A DNA stretch of 64,000 nt from Takakia lepidozioides (Eukaryota; Plantae; Bryophyta), in the NCBI GenBank assembly GCA_030704615.1, contig CM060731.1, positions 80,104,001 through 80,168,000 on the forward strand, written 5' to 3'. A program made the translations under genes and the position numbers. Within the stretch, counting starts at the first letter, position 1. Each line of letters begins with the position of its first letter. Positions 35,973 through 49,470 of the stretch are shown piece by piece. The notes beneath the pieces were generated by a model that saw nothing but the letters and a program-made list of their open reading frames with translations, did not search any database and was not told where the DNA came from.

Positions 35973-36602
35973 TCAGCCCCCCGTACCTATTGCTGCCACC
36001 GCCCCCACCACAGGGGCAGCCCCTCTGCGTCCCGACCCCCTTCCCTCAATGCAAAGGGCCATGACAAAGAGGCATTTGACCTTTGGGTCATTATACGGTG
36101 GACATCCTATGGGTTTTTCCATGTTGAATATATCAGCATCTTTTCCGGATAACCGCAACTCTTCCAGGTGCGGTTTGAGTTCATCCAGAAGAAACTTGTC
36201 CTTGTATGGGTCGACGAGCGCTTTATATTTTTGAAAGAAGATACCGATCGACTTTGTCAAGTACGACTTATACATATTTTCTACTGTGTCGATAAGAAGT
36301 GTGTTTGATTTGTATGCTACAGGGTCGTCTACAGTGAAAAGGTCATAGAGACGTTTAAGATATATTGACGCTTTCAGATATTTGGGCCATTCGGCACTGA
36401 ACGTTTGTCTATGCTTCACGCAGTTCTCATTGCTGAATTCCCTGACCTTGTAAAACCTTCTTCCAAACAAAGCCAGCCCTATATCCAGGACATTTTCTAA
36501 CGGTCCAGTGTTCCAAAAGTAGACCTTCAAATGCTTAAGGACCCATTTCAGGAAGTCGTCCAACCCATTTCGGACTGCAAGCTTGAATTTTCCAACGCAC
36601 AC
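35973..36602 (-). pseudogene. FCP1/NIF-like HAD-fold domain (diverged)
   Basis: VRNGLDDFLKWVLKHLKVYFWNT...YLKRL...YKSNTLLIDT. Confidence 0.6.
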
Positions 36603-36821
36603 ACGGTAGTCATGGTTTTCCTGACTTTGACCATGACTTCCCTATATTTTTGGACCAAATGGGGCTTCACGGAGTCGTTGAAATAACTGCGTGGCTCCGT
36701 AATCCTCTGGGTGACTACGTTGGTAAACTTCGTCATGACTACATCATGTCAATTGACACACGTCGCTGTGGGGGGGGGTTGGGGATTTAATTTATTGTTA
36801 TTATAATTACTATAATAATAA

Positions 36822-36823
36822 TA

Positions 36824-36857
<34 letters not shown>
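36822..36857. repeat. (ATT)n microsatellite
   Basis: Direct run of attattatt... Confidence 0.9.
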
Positions 36858-36858
<1 letters not shown>

Positions 36859-38119
36859 TTTTGTTCAACATGGGACAGTGGCACATTATTAAATAACAAA
36901 TTTTTGAAATTATATTCTTAGATAAAATATTTATTCGCTCAGATACCAAAACACACCCTTGCGGGGAAGGAGAGTTTGCCTGAGTGCCTATGCTGAATTG
37001 CGTCTGTTACTCTCTGTAATCTAACAAGCATTCACTTTTTTGCCTCTGTTGTCCCACCATTGACTGAGGTCAGAAAAGTTCATTCCACAGCTTCTCCTCA
37101 TCTCTGTTACCTGTTTATAGATACTTTTTAATTGTCACTTTGGCAGTATCATGTCAAAGTCACTCCAAACTATCTACCATCTACCCATGCAGGTTTCTTG
37201 TAGCTATCCTTCCACAGGGAATCATCGGTAATCTAGAGCTTGAAATCCGGTTTTCTTGGATGATCTAGACCCACACTCTATCGCTGCTCCTTCAGCTATC
37301 CATCAGATCATGCATATATCCTTGCATTGCTGTTAGCAGCTGACAATGACAGCCTACATTTGTTCCAGCAAACACCCAACTCAACTTACCACACTAGTTC
37401 CTATTCTCAATTGCATCTGCTACTCTCTGTAATCCAACAGGCATTTATTTTTTTGCCTCGGTTGTCCCACCATTGACTGGGGTCAGAAAAGTATTCATTC
37501 CACAGCTTCCCCTCATCTCCGTTAACTGTTTTTCGATACTTTCCTGTTGTCACATTGGCAATATCATGTCAAAGTCACTCCAAACTAGACTCACTCAACC
37601 AGCTAACTTGCAGACATTGAAATTTAGGGCCGGTTCTGATAAGAGGGAAAAACAAGGTGACATGTGTTGAAGAAGGTGCCTTTATTAGCAGTGCTTGATT
37701 TTATCAATTGTGCCGCTACTCCTGCGGCTTCCAGTTCACCATCTACCCATGCAGGTTTCTTATAGCTAAATCCACAGGTAATCATAGGTAATCATGTGCT
37801 TGAAATCCGGCCATCTTGGATGAATCTGGACCCATACTCTATCCCTGCTCTTTCAGCTATCACTGCTTCTGCACAAATCATGCATACTTCCTTGCCTTGC
37901 AGCTGATAATGACAGCCTAGATTTGTTCTAGGAAACACCCAACTCAGCTTTCACACTAGTTCCTATGCTGAATTGCGTCTGCCCTCTATAATCTAACAGG
38001 CATTAACCTTTTTCCCTCGGTTGTTCCACCATTCCACAACTTCTCCTCGTCTCTGTGACCTGTTTCTGGATACTTTCCTGTTGTCACATTGGCATCATGT
38101 CAAAGTTCAGATCGACATC

Positions 38120-39120
38120 TAGTATAATTCCAGCTTGGACGATGTTACCACGAACCTCTTTGCTATTTTGCAGGGCTGCCAGGCTTGCACACATGTTGCA
38201 AATGTAACAAACGCGATATGGTTGCGCTGAAGTATCCCTTCCCACACCACTTGCTCATAGACCTCTCCAAAGGGCCTCCATCCCGCGCCGCTGTTGTGCA
38301 TATCCTGGGATCATCGTCCTCCATGCACCCCAATTTGGCATACAAGTCCACAAGGGCATAGTTCAGAACAACATTTGTTTAATTCCAGCTTGGACGATGT
38401 CATCACAAACCCCGTCTTCACTCATTGCCTACTCTAGTTAAGTGCAATTATGGGCTAGGCTGGTACCACATCTCATTCAGCCATATTATCAAAACAGCCA
38501 TGTATCCTTGTAGTTGCACCCTGCAACCTTGGCATACATGTCCACTACGGCAACGTTCAGAATCACATCAGATACAATACCAGCTTTGACAATATCACCG
38601 TGGACCTCTGTACCCTTTTTTAGGGCTGCCAGGCGTGCATTTGACATACATATCCACCAAGGCGGTGTTTAGAGTGACATCTAGTGGTACAATTCCAGAT
38701 TTGATAATGGACCTTTGCGTCCTTTCCAGGGCTACCAGGCTCGCATTTGACATACATGTACACCAGGGGAATGTTCAGAATGACATCAGGTACAATTCAA
38801 GCTTTGATGATGTCACCATGAACCTCTTGGCCCCTTCAAAGGGCTGCTAGGCTCGCATATGCATATTAACAAACACAAATGAACATGACTTGGTTTGGCT
38901 TTTTCCTTTCCCACATCATTTGTTCTTAGGTTTCCAAAGCCTTACTCCCACACCTATGCTACACACACCTTACAATCATGGCAGTCCACAACACCACATC
39001 TCATTTAGCCATGTTGTCGAACTCTCCCTTTGCATCAGGCTTGTTGCACCCACATTTGGCATACATGTCCACTAGGGCAGTGGTCAGAATGACAACTAGT
39101 ACTATTTCAGCTTTGACGAT
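38120..39120 (-). pseudogene. Highly decayed PPR remnants
   Basis: Repeated VDMY.KCG / VILN.ALVD / EVHGDI-like remnants on the minus strand. Confidence 0.7.
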
Positions 39121-40839
39121 GGCACATGGCCAAGAGATATCCCAATATCCCGCTACCAATGGGTTCAATGCATACTCTTGTCACATTGGCAGTATCATGT
39201 CAAAGTCACTCCAACTAGATTCACTCAACCAGCTAACTTGCAGAATTGAACATGAAAATTTAGGGCCGATTCTGATAAGAGGGGAAAATAGGGTGAAATG
39301 TGTTTCAGAAGGTGCCTTCATTAGCAGTGCTTGATTTTATCAATTGTGCCGCTGCTGCTGCGGCTTCCAATTGACCATCTTTCCATGCAGGTTTCTTGTA
39401 TCTATCCTTCCACAGGGAATCAGAGATAATCTAGAGCTTGAAATCTGGCCCTCTTCCACACTCTATCCCTGCTCCTTCAGCTATCTATGCCTCTGCACAA
39501 AATCATGCATACAACAATCATTCCAGCAAACACCCCCAACCCTACTTATCAACGAGCAACGAGCTAACTTACATAATTCAATATGCATCTCAAGGCCGAG
39601 TCTGATGAGAGGGCAAAACAGGCTGAAATAGGTCGAAGAAGAACCCATAGAGGATTTGACCGACCATCAACCCAAAAGGACCTCTTGTGTGTGCTGCTTG
39701 TGTCTTGTAGTCAGGTAATGTCGGATTGGTCTGTGAGAACCAGCACGGTGCAGATGAGCAGGCAGAGATTGAAACATGGCCTGCTAAGACTAAGCTGACT
39801 CTCCCAAGAACCTTGAAACATCAGGAAGAATACCAAATCATGGTACTAACAGGAGCCAACAGCCCACATTTGCAGGATGGACAAACTTCTTCATATCGTA
39901 CATTAAGGAAAAGCCACACCTTGCCATTGCGGTTGTCGCACCATCGTGAAGGATCTTTAAAAATCTCGTGCCAACTCTGCTCCGTGCTGCAAATGAAGGG
40001 CCGAGTCTGATGAGAGGGCAAAACAGGCTGAAATAGGTCGAAGAAGAAGGTGCCTTCACCACATTGTCCTCGACCTTGTGTCATGACCCATGGAGGATTT
40101 GACTGACCATGAACCCAAGAGGACCTCTTCAGTGTGCTGCTTGTTTCTGTAGTCAGGTAATGTCGGATTGGTCTGTGAGAACCACCACGGTGCAGCTGAG
40201 CGGGTAGAGATTGAAACACGGCATGCTAAGACCAAGCTGACTCTCCCAAGAACGACGAGCTCCCAGCCAAAACCTCATCGCACACATATCCTAGCGTTTC
40301 TAGGGTTGCTTGCTTCAGATGCGAAGGTTGCTCCAACTGCGGCCTCCCATGCATGTTTGCCTTCCCTCCCGCTTGCTCGCTCTAAGTCCCAGCCCTCTCT
40401 CTCTATCTCCCTCCCTCCCGCTCACTCTAATTCTATTCACGGCTACCGTGATGGGCAACTTTTTAAGTTTTTTAACCTTCTTGCAAACCCTATAAGCAAT
40501 TTTTTGAATTTGTTTTTTAAATATTAAAGGAAGACTCAGGCCCTTGAGGAGGGGGGGAAATTAACCCCCTTTCATTTGGGCCATGAGACCTACAGGACGA
40601 TCAACGCCCAAACATATCGTCACGAACAATCCCACACATGGGGTAGGGAAGCGGATTTGAACCCCGAACCACCGGGGCGACACACTGTGCACTTCCAGCT
40701 GATGTGCTTTTTTCAAATCTTTTGCACTTTGATTTTCTTTAAAAAAAATCATTCTAGTGGTTAGAGTCTCCGACATTTTTTCAAAATATAAATATTGATA
40801 TATTATATATATAACCAGAAAAGCATGTATCGACACGTG

Positions 40840-41169
40840 CAGTCATGTAGTGATTCATCCATGTGATGATCTGGCAGAATGCATTAGAGTGAGAGTCATA
40901 AAGTCATATGTCCGTCTAGCAATTTGTACACGTCATTCCAGTGTAGGTATGACCGTGACTGGTAGTCATATCTGCCATGCCAATATTCGTGGTCAAACAT
41001 GTTTGACCTGTGTTGCGCAAAGTCCGTAGTCATGCAATCGCATATACACCTTCCCCGGACCTGCGTTATGACTTCAAAAGGCATCTACGACTTCAAATGG
41101 CATTTCTGCCACAAATCTGTCATGACTGCACAGCCATGGGAGTCATAAAAGCCGCAATATGTTATAGTG
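40840..41169. mobile_element. CACTA element terminus with subterminal ATGAC/GTCAT repeats
   Basis: Ends ...gttatagtg (reverse complement CACTATAAC) at 41169; many gtcat/atgac motifs upstream; abuts the truncated MTase of Gypsy copy 2. Confidence 0.65.
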
Positions 41170-41172
41170 AAT

Positions 41173-44100
41173 ACTACCTACACTGCTCAGCTTCCCAAGA
41201 TCGCATGTTTTCCGGGATAGTGGACCTGGCCTCCTGTGGGATGCTCAGTTGCAGCAGTTAGTGAAGCCTTATGCCGACGAGCGAGAGCGGGCTATGGGTT
41301 TTTCCACTGGGACCACGGCGATGCCTTCTCTTTTTGAGGCATCGCGTCGTCAGGTATTGGGGCAAGCGATGGATCTCAATTGATTGACCTGGATTATCAA
41401 CTTTGCTATGGCTGAGCAACGTAGAGTGCGGAGTGCACTTCCCTTGACGGTCTCTCTTCCTACCGAGACGGTACAGGCAGTGAGTGGTGGCGAGCCGGTG
41501 AGGACCACGGGATGTAGACATCCATGGCACACGTGGGAGGTACTCGAGGTTCAGAGGGAGTTGGCAGCCAAGGCGGCTATGATGGATGAGGTTGGGGATT
41601 GAGGAGGTCCTCAAGGATGAGATGATGGGGTAGGGTGAGGCCTTGTCATTGACTGAGCAGGCAGGGAGTACTGCTCATGAGGTTGCGGCATAGCAACCAC
41701 GGGACGCGTCTCCTACGTCTAAGTCTGCTGGACTTAAGGTTGCAGTTACGGAGGACAATTGGGAGCCTGACATTGGACCCATTGTCACTAGAGGAGAGAG
41801 ACGACGTATACGGCGGTTCTTGAGGGCTTACAGGAATTGTTTTCCCTTCAGTTTGAAGGACTTGGGAGCACTAAAGGGTCAGGAAATTCGTATTGAGTTG
41901 GCCACGAACACGCAAATCTTTTGGAGACCCTATAGATACAGTGACATGGAGAGGTTTTTGATTCAGATGAGGACTCGAGATACACATTCTCCACTGGATT
42001 CCTCCAAATTTTCATCATTTTTCAGAGTTGTATTTTTTGTAGTTGTTTTTGTATTGTCAATGATTTCCATGGATGCGCAGCCCAGGGCTGGTTTGGTGGA
42101 GCTCTCTGGTGGAGAGTATGCTTCAGCCACAGTGATGCCAGCCAAGAAGGATGTCTATGGCAATTGGACGGAGAGACATATGTGCGGTGACTATGTAAAT
42201 CGTCAAACCAAGTCCGATAAGTATGTCATGCCCACACCTGAGGAGATCTTTGGTGCCATTGGGCATGCCAAGGTCTTTAGCACTGACTTGCGGTCCGGAT
42301 ATCACCAGTTGCCGATCAAGGAGGCGGACAGGCAGAAGACGGCATTCTGGGGGATCAATGAGCACGGGAAGGATTGCCTATATCAGTGGTGGTTCTTACC
42401 ATTCGGCTTAAGAACGCTCCTGCAGAGTTCCAGAGAGTCATGGACATGATTCTAGCAAGGGTGGACTTTGCTCAGTGCTACATAGATGACATCATCATCT
42501 TTAGTGCTATGGTGGAGGAGCACAAGAGACACCTTCAGGTGATGTTTGAGCGCTTGAGTGCGCACAGATTGAAATTACATCCGGGGAAGTGCAAGTTCTT
42601 CCAAAACCAGATTGAGTATCTGCGCCACATGATATATCCTGGAGGATTGGGGGTGCAGCAGACTAAGGTAGAGGCCATCGCACAGATTCCACGCCCCATG
42701 GATGTGAGCTGAGTTCGAGCTTTCATGGGGTTGGCAAACTACTACAACGGTTTGTCAAGGGATTTAGTATTATTGCAAAGGCTCTAACCAAGGTAGACCA
42801 GGAGTGGCAGTGGGAAGATGAGCAAGAGCGAGCTTTTCAGGAGCTCAAGGCGAGGTTGACCTCGGTGCCCATTTTGAGACGACCTATCAGGGGGCATCCC
42901 TTTCAGCTGCATACAGATTGGAGCATGCAAGCTTATGGGGAAGCTTGCATGGTGGGCACTTATACTCCAGGAGTATGACTTTCAGGTTGTGCATCGACCG
43001 AGTTTGGTCAATAGGGATGCGGATGGATTGAGTCGCAATCCATGCACGAGCCAGCAGGATGACACAGGAGCTCGGTGGCATGGTGAGACAGACGAGGAGA
43101 TGGTGCCGGAATGGCATGCATCTGTCTTTTTGTGTATCTTGGCATCGGGAGGTCAGGTTGGACCTACAACAGGGATGACTGTAGACAGAGTGTCTGAGGA
43201 CCCTGAGGCTAGTGATGAGCCAGGTGGTGCCAGAGATATACATGAGGATTCGGTTGTGTTGGACTACCTCCGCACTGGAGACACGGCAGCTCGTGTGACT
43301 GTCAAGGAGAGGGATCGGATCCTACAACGAGCCAAGAGGTTCAAGTGAGAGGGGATACACCTACTTTGAGTGTGGGAGGATGGTCGGGTGAGGATCGTGT
43401 CTCACCCAACACAGCGTGTACGATTAGTGCGGCATGCCCATGAGGAGTTGGGGCATTTTGGAGTGCAACGCACTCATAGTCTACTGCAGGGGCAGTATTG
43501 GTGGCGTGGTATGCACACAGAGGTACAACAGCTTGTGGCTAGGTGCATGGTATGTGACAGGGTGTGTGCTTCATTCAACGCCCCTACACCATAGTTGCAT
43601 CCTTTACCCATCATGGGATTGGGCTACAGGTGGAGTCTTGACTTCGCAGGGCCGTTGCCACTGACGATGCGCCACCACAGATATGTGTTGGTGATGGTGG
43701 AGCACTTCTTCAAGAGGATTGAGTTGGTTCCATTGTCTGACAAGGCTAGTGAGGGGGCTGCGTATGCATTCCTGGATCGTGTGCTTAGCCAATTCGGTGC
43801 TCCAGCTGAGGTACTCATGGACCAAGGGAGAGAGTTCTTGGGGGAGTTTCAGGCTTTGTGTGATAAAGCCTTGATAGACCACCGTACCACTTCTCGGGAT
43901 TATCCTGAGGCCGATGGCTTGGCAGAGAGAGTGGTGCAGACAGTGTAGAGGGGTTTGCGCAAGTATGGCTTGCAAAAAGGACACCTAGGAGATTGGGATC
44001 TTCAAGTACCTTGGTTAGCCATGGGCTACAGGTTTAGCAAGCAAGCATCACTTGCCTCCTTCTCACCATATTTCATTCTCTTTGGCCGAGAGCCAGACGT

Positions 44101-45659
44101 CTATTCGCAGGTAGGCTGCAGTAGTCCTCAACCTTGATGATCCGGATGTATGGACACAAGCATGTGCCCAGCGGGCAGAGTTGTTAAAGAGGGTCATGCC
44201 TATGGCTTTTGAGAACCTTGCTATTGCCCAACACCGAGACACATTGAGGTATGTCACTATATGTGGAGGGGGATATCGGCTGGGTGTTTGGCGTTTCCAC
44301 CCTGGGGACTATGTGTATCTGCAGCAGACAGTGCCTACGACCTTGGATGTCACAGCATGACGTGTGATTCTAAGGGTCAGGGAGGTGTTGCCTTCAGGAC
44401 TGTTGATTCTGGAGGGTCGAGATGGCATGGTATAGAGGATAGATCCCAACCTTGCAGTGGTACCTGCAGGGTTGCATTGCATGCTATGTGGGCAGCTCGT
44501 GGTGCCGCCACTATGCTGACCATGTGTGATCGATGCTCAAGAGGTTGGCACATGGGATGCTTGACACCACCTCTTGAGAGGGTTCCTGATGGAGATTGGT
44601 TATGTCCACACTGCTTGGGATAGTGGTAGTGGATATACTAGTGGTAGCTAACAAGACATGGGAGGCCAAGCTCATAGGAGTCAATACCCGAGATCTCAAG
44701 CTCAAGTTCACAGGTTACAAGACGGCGACTAACGATGGGGCAACTCTTGTACCCGGCCTCTTGATCTAACGAGTTTGAGTGTGGTAGGGATAGTGGTGGA
44801 GGACTTAGTGAGGCTATGGCCACTATCACATCTTGTGGCTACCTCGACTTAGAGGGACCTAAGCGCCAGCTAGGGGGGCGATTGTGATGGACTAGTGGCA
44901 GCCTAGTAATGGACTAGTGGCTACACTAGTGGTGGCTAGTGGCAGCCTAGTGGTTGGACTAGTGGCTACACTAGTGGTTGCACTAGTGGTGATTAGTGGT
45001 TGTCTAGTGGTAGCCTAGTAGTGCACTAGTGGTGGACTAGTGTTTGGTGTGCACATATGTTGTGTGGTTGTGGACAGGGATGTAATTGTGTAGCGATATG
45101 TATGCGTACGACAGCTGTCAAGTTATTTTACCACTAGTGTGAAACTTGCTAGGAAATAGTTAGTTTTGATATATTGACATTTGGGATTGATCCAAGTATC
45201 AATCCAGGGGCCAATATATGTTTGGGCACCTGGCGTTGTTATCTTCATGGCAGATCGCGGTGGGCTCATCTTTCTCGAGTTGAGCCTCACCGCGTCTAGC
45301 TATGGCGCCGTAGTGTGGATTCCCCATGGCGTGGGGTGTACTTGGCTCGACTTAATATGAGTGATGTTTTCATGTGCAAGTGTGAGAGTGTGAGAGAGCT
45401 TGTGTGCTTGTATCATTCTTTCTTTATCATTGTGATGGACTAGTGGCAGCCTAGTGATGGACTAGTGGCTGCACTAGTGGTGGCTAGTGACAGCCTCGTG
45501 GTGGACTAGTAGCTGCACTAGTGGTGACTAGTGGTTGTGTAGTGGCAGCCTAGTGGTCCACTAGTGGTGGACTAGTGATAGACTAGTGTTTGGTGTGCAC
45601 ATTTGTTGGGTGGTTGTGGACAACGATGTAGTTGTGTAGCGATATGTATGCGCACGACA
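41173..45659 (+). mobile_element. Gypsy-MTase copy 2 (5'-truncated within the MTase; decayed RT-RH-IN-PHD; PPT-B1-gc-A2-B2 end)
   Basis: Collinear with copy 1. B1 44883-45113, A2 45116-45429, B2 45431-45659. Right flank is CATC. Confidence 0.92.
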
Positions 45660-46037
45660 CATCAGTCTGTCTTGCTCATTTCATGCATTATGTGTGTATT
45701 GTTCATTTCATTTACCGACTCATTTGTGTCTCTACTGTTAGTCTGACCTATTGTAATGTACATAAAGAAGATTATACAAATCTCCTTCTACCACCCAATT
45801 TTCTTTTCATTTATATGGTAGGCTAAATTCAAGCTCAAACACTATTATGGCATGATGATCGCTTTGGGTTCCCTACTCATGTGTGTGATATTTTTTCTGC
45901 CAATGAACAAAATATGGACATGGTGTCAATACTGTAAAAGAGAGGAAGATTTTTGTCGAAGCAAACGTAACTTATGCTATCACTCCATCACCAGGAGCTA
46001 CCGTTTGGAAGGTGGACATTTTCATCTTTTAACCTGT

Positions 46038-46420
46038 AGGCCGCGACCTTTCCGTAGGTGGAGGCAAGAGTCAGTCCGGGTTTGAGCTGGGTTGCAGGAG
46101 CGACACTGTGGAGTTGTTTTTGGTTTAGGGGAGTTGTTGTTTTCATTCTAGTGTTTGGATCCCCTCCACACCTGCATGCTTGATTGTGTGTCATGCTAGT
46201 TTTGTGTGGGCGCTTGATTTTATAGGTGGTTGACTCGGGCTTGATCGCCGATCCAACCCTAGAGCATGCTGTCGATGGTGAGGCTGGGTTGATGACCAGT
46301 CAGACCATCTTTATTTCTCCTGTGGTGAGGTTGGAGGTGATGACCAGCCAACCATGGGAGTGCCTGCGGTGGATGCAGGTGCAGGTGCAGGTGCAGGCTA
46401 TGTTAGGAACCTAATATTCC
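46038..46420 (+). mobile_element. Fragment of the Gypsy-MTase 5' internal (leader) region
   Basis: Homologous to the reverse complement of ~19598-19946 (gacctttccgtaggtggaggcaagagtcagtccggg...). Confidence 0.8.
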
Positions 46421-48879
46421 AGGATTACTTCCCTGCAGGTAATCTTTTCGGGTTTTCAGCGCAATTCTTAACTGTGGGGGAGACCAGCCTGCAGGTAATT
46501 CTTTTGGACAGAATGTTGTTGGAGCCTATATGTACCTCCATTTGCTCCATTTTTTAACCTTCAGTGAATGGCGTGGTTTCCTGAGGTGGTTCCATTATGA
46601 GGAATGGCTGGTGGACTAAGGAGGCACTGGCGGACCCTGTGGAGGCTTGCATGGGGCCTTGGAGGCCAAGTTTAATGAGCTCGTGGAGATCGGTTTGAGG
46701 AGTGTCTATAGGATGGTCTCATGGTCCTGCAAGTGAGGCCGTACCAAGGCAATGCACTTGTCTACCTCCCCAAATGACTCCAAAGTTCCCATGTACCCAT
46801 ACATTAAATAACATGTTGGCCTGGTTATCCCTATTTTATAGCTGGGTTGGCCATAATGGGTGACATCCAACATACACATATGTGTCTATTAACTCGCGAC
46901 CACTTGTAAGGCGGCCTTGTGCCCTAACCATTGAGTCATCTGTTGGATTTTTTTATTTTTATTTTTATTTTTTTGGGTAAAGAGGGGTAACGGCCCTGAC
47001 AACTTTATTTGGAATGTTGGATATTACTGTTATTAGATAATACATTGGAATCATGTTAAAAATTTTAAAATCACATTCAACATTTCTTTTTGTAGTGTAT
47101 TGATCAATCTGATTTTGTGCAATGAAATCTTATGATACCTAGTCGACTTAACAATGATGCTAGTCAATCATGCAAATGGGATAGTAAAATCAAGTCACGT
47201 TGAGTATCGTTTGCGGCTATGAACGCACAATAAACATGATTCACCAACCCTATTTCTGTTGTAACATACAAAATACATTTAGAAGATTGAAATTTTTTAA
47301 ATTGCACTATTTAAGAAAAGTTGCATCACAATTGAATAGTAATATTCGTTTGAAAATAAATTCCTTAAACAAATTGTCTCATCAACACCAACGGAAATCC
47401 CCTTGGGTAATACATGGACCAGCTTAAGAGAATGCCCTGTTACTTAAGCAATAAGATCAAGATGTCATGGTGGAGGACTCACTTCCTAACTATTAGTTGT
47501 GGTATAATTCAAACAACTCACAAACCCTGACATTTATTAGACCCACTTCATCACTATTAATTTTGGAGCAATTTAGAATTAGGGTGGAGGCGGAAGTAAT
47601 AGCTATATCTAGTTCTCGTGTTTTCTTCTTTTACTATTTGTCCCTACTAATCGAGTAACCTCAATCAAGGCATGAGAGTAGTACTATAGATAAGCCTAAT
47701 AGTAGCTCAAGCCTGAAATGATACCCTAGTAAACACCCCAATATTATTTATATACACTTCATATGTCAAAGACTTCATAAATAGGTCATCGGAAAACGAG
47801 GTTTAAAAACTATTCTTTCGGCCGGTCATCTCTGTTTTTCTAAAAGAATTGGCAATTGTACAGTTTAGTATTTAACAATTGGTCACCTGATCGACCTCTA
47901 GGCATCTCAAGAGGCCATTCAGGTGGACTAGTTGCAAGGTACGTTTTGGTGATTAGTCTTCTCTTTCATCTTTCTTTTTTCCATTAAGAAACTAATTACT
48001 AGTTAAACTTAGAAATTTCTCAATTGTGTGGGTTGATAGAGTTGCAAAACCAAAAGGTATATGAGCTTCTAAGAAATATTTAACTGGCATGATGCACTCG
48101 AAATTACATCATACATGAGCATCTAAATACTAGTTAAAAGACAACGTCCTAAGATAAAGTACCTTGTAAACACCAAGAGAGTTTCCTAAGTTTAGGGAGA
48201 GAACCAGTAGTTATGCGAGTCTTCAATATTCGACTATGAATGAAATATGAAGGAGCAAGACTTGGCGGACAGAAAGCCGACCATACTTCTCAAACGCCTA
48301 TAAGCATTATATCAATGATGAACAAGTCGTTGTAAATGTTAGATTCAATCTTTGATTTTTTAAATAAAAATATATATGTTATGATTTTGGAATATTTTTT
48401 AATATCATTATTTTTTATTTACAATAATTTTTCATTCAACACAATATTTCTTTCCACCAAAAATGATGACGTCATATAATATATTTACATTGGTCAATAG
48501 CAAATGTTGTTTTGTAAGTTGAATCATGAACAATCTTATTGAATACCAATTGCAATGCTAATGATTGCATTAATTTCTCATCGACAGTGAACAATATAAT
48601 TCAACATATTGTGTATATGATTATATGTGTACTTTCTGTTGTAAATGACACCATCACCCCAAATATCACAGTTTAACAACGTTGCATTCAATGTATCATT
48701 TTGATATTACAAAATCGACCATAAAATTCATTAAATAATTATGGATCAAAATGGATCTATAAACATTGCAAATAGAATAGTAGTTGGTGTTTGCAATGTT
48801 GATGTAAAACATTACATACATATAATTTTATTTGTCCATCATCAAACAAATATATTATTAGAACATCTCCACCAGAGCA

Positions 48880-49420
48880 CCTTGAGTGCTACACCAAGAA
48901 GGCATTTCAGCAGATTCAAATACGTATATCTGTCTCTTGCTTAAGTGCATCAAGATGGAAGGTCTGGAAGCTGGAAAGCAGGTGCACACTCACATTATCC
49001 AAAGTGGATTCACGCCAAATGTTTTTTTACTCAATACCCTTGTCAACATGTATGTAAAGTGCGGGAGCATCATGGATGCTCACCAAGTGTTCAACAGAAT
49101 GCCTCAGCGATCTTTGATCACACGGAATATAATGTTGGCAGGATTTACCAAGCATGGGTATGGTAGGAATGCTTTGGAGACCTATGAGCAAATGCTGCGC
49201 GAAGGGGTGATGTCACCATGGACCTCTTTCCCCTTTTCCAGAGCTCCCAGGCTTGCACACGCATTGCAAACACAAACAAATGTGATGTGGTTGTCAAAGT
49301 TGGAATTGTACCACATGTCATTCTGAACACTGCCCTGGTGGACATGTATGCCAAATGTAGGTGCATTAAGGATGCAAAGGGAGTTTTCGACATGAACGAG
49401 ATGTGGTGTCGTGGAGTGTG
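48880..49420 (+). pseudogene. PLS-PPR 5' fragment with an internal micro-inversion
   Basis: Paralog of 27190-27500; segment 49209-49292 is in reverse orientation. Confidence 0.8.
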
Positions 49421-49470
49421 ATAAACTGGAGGGATCAGGAGAGTAATTTTACCATGGTTCCAGAGGGACA

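Noticed and set aside
40640-40710. tRNA or SINE-like sequence on the minus strand (GGTTCAAATCC B-box)
   Set aside because: No convincing cloverleaf, tail or TSD could be established by eye; at most a decayed tRNA-derived repeat.
44883-45659. CRISPR-like array in the ACTAGT repeats
   Set aside because: Units are short, degenerate and lack unique spacers; the context is eukaryotic with no cas genes.
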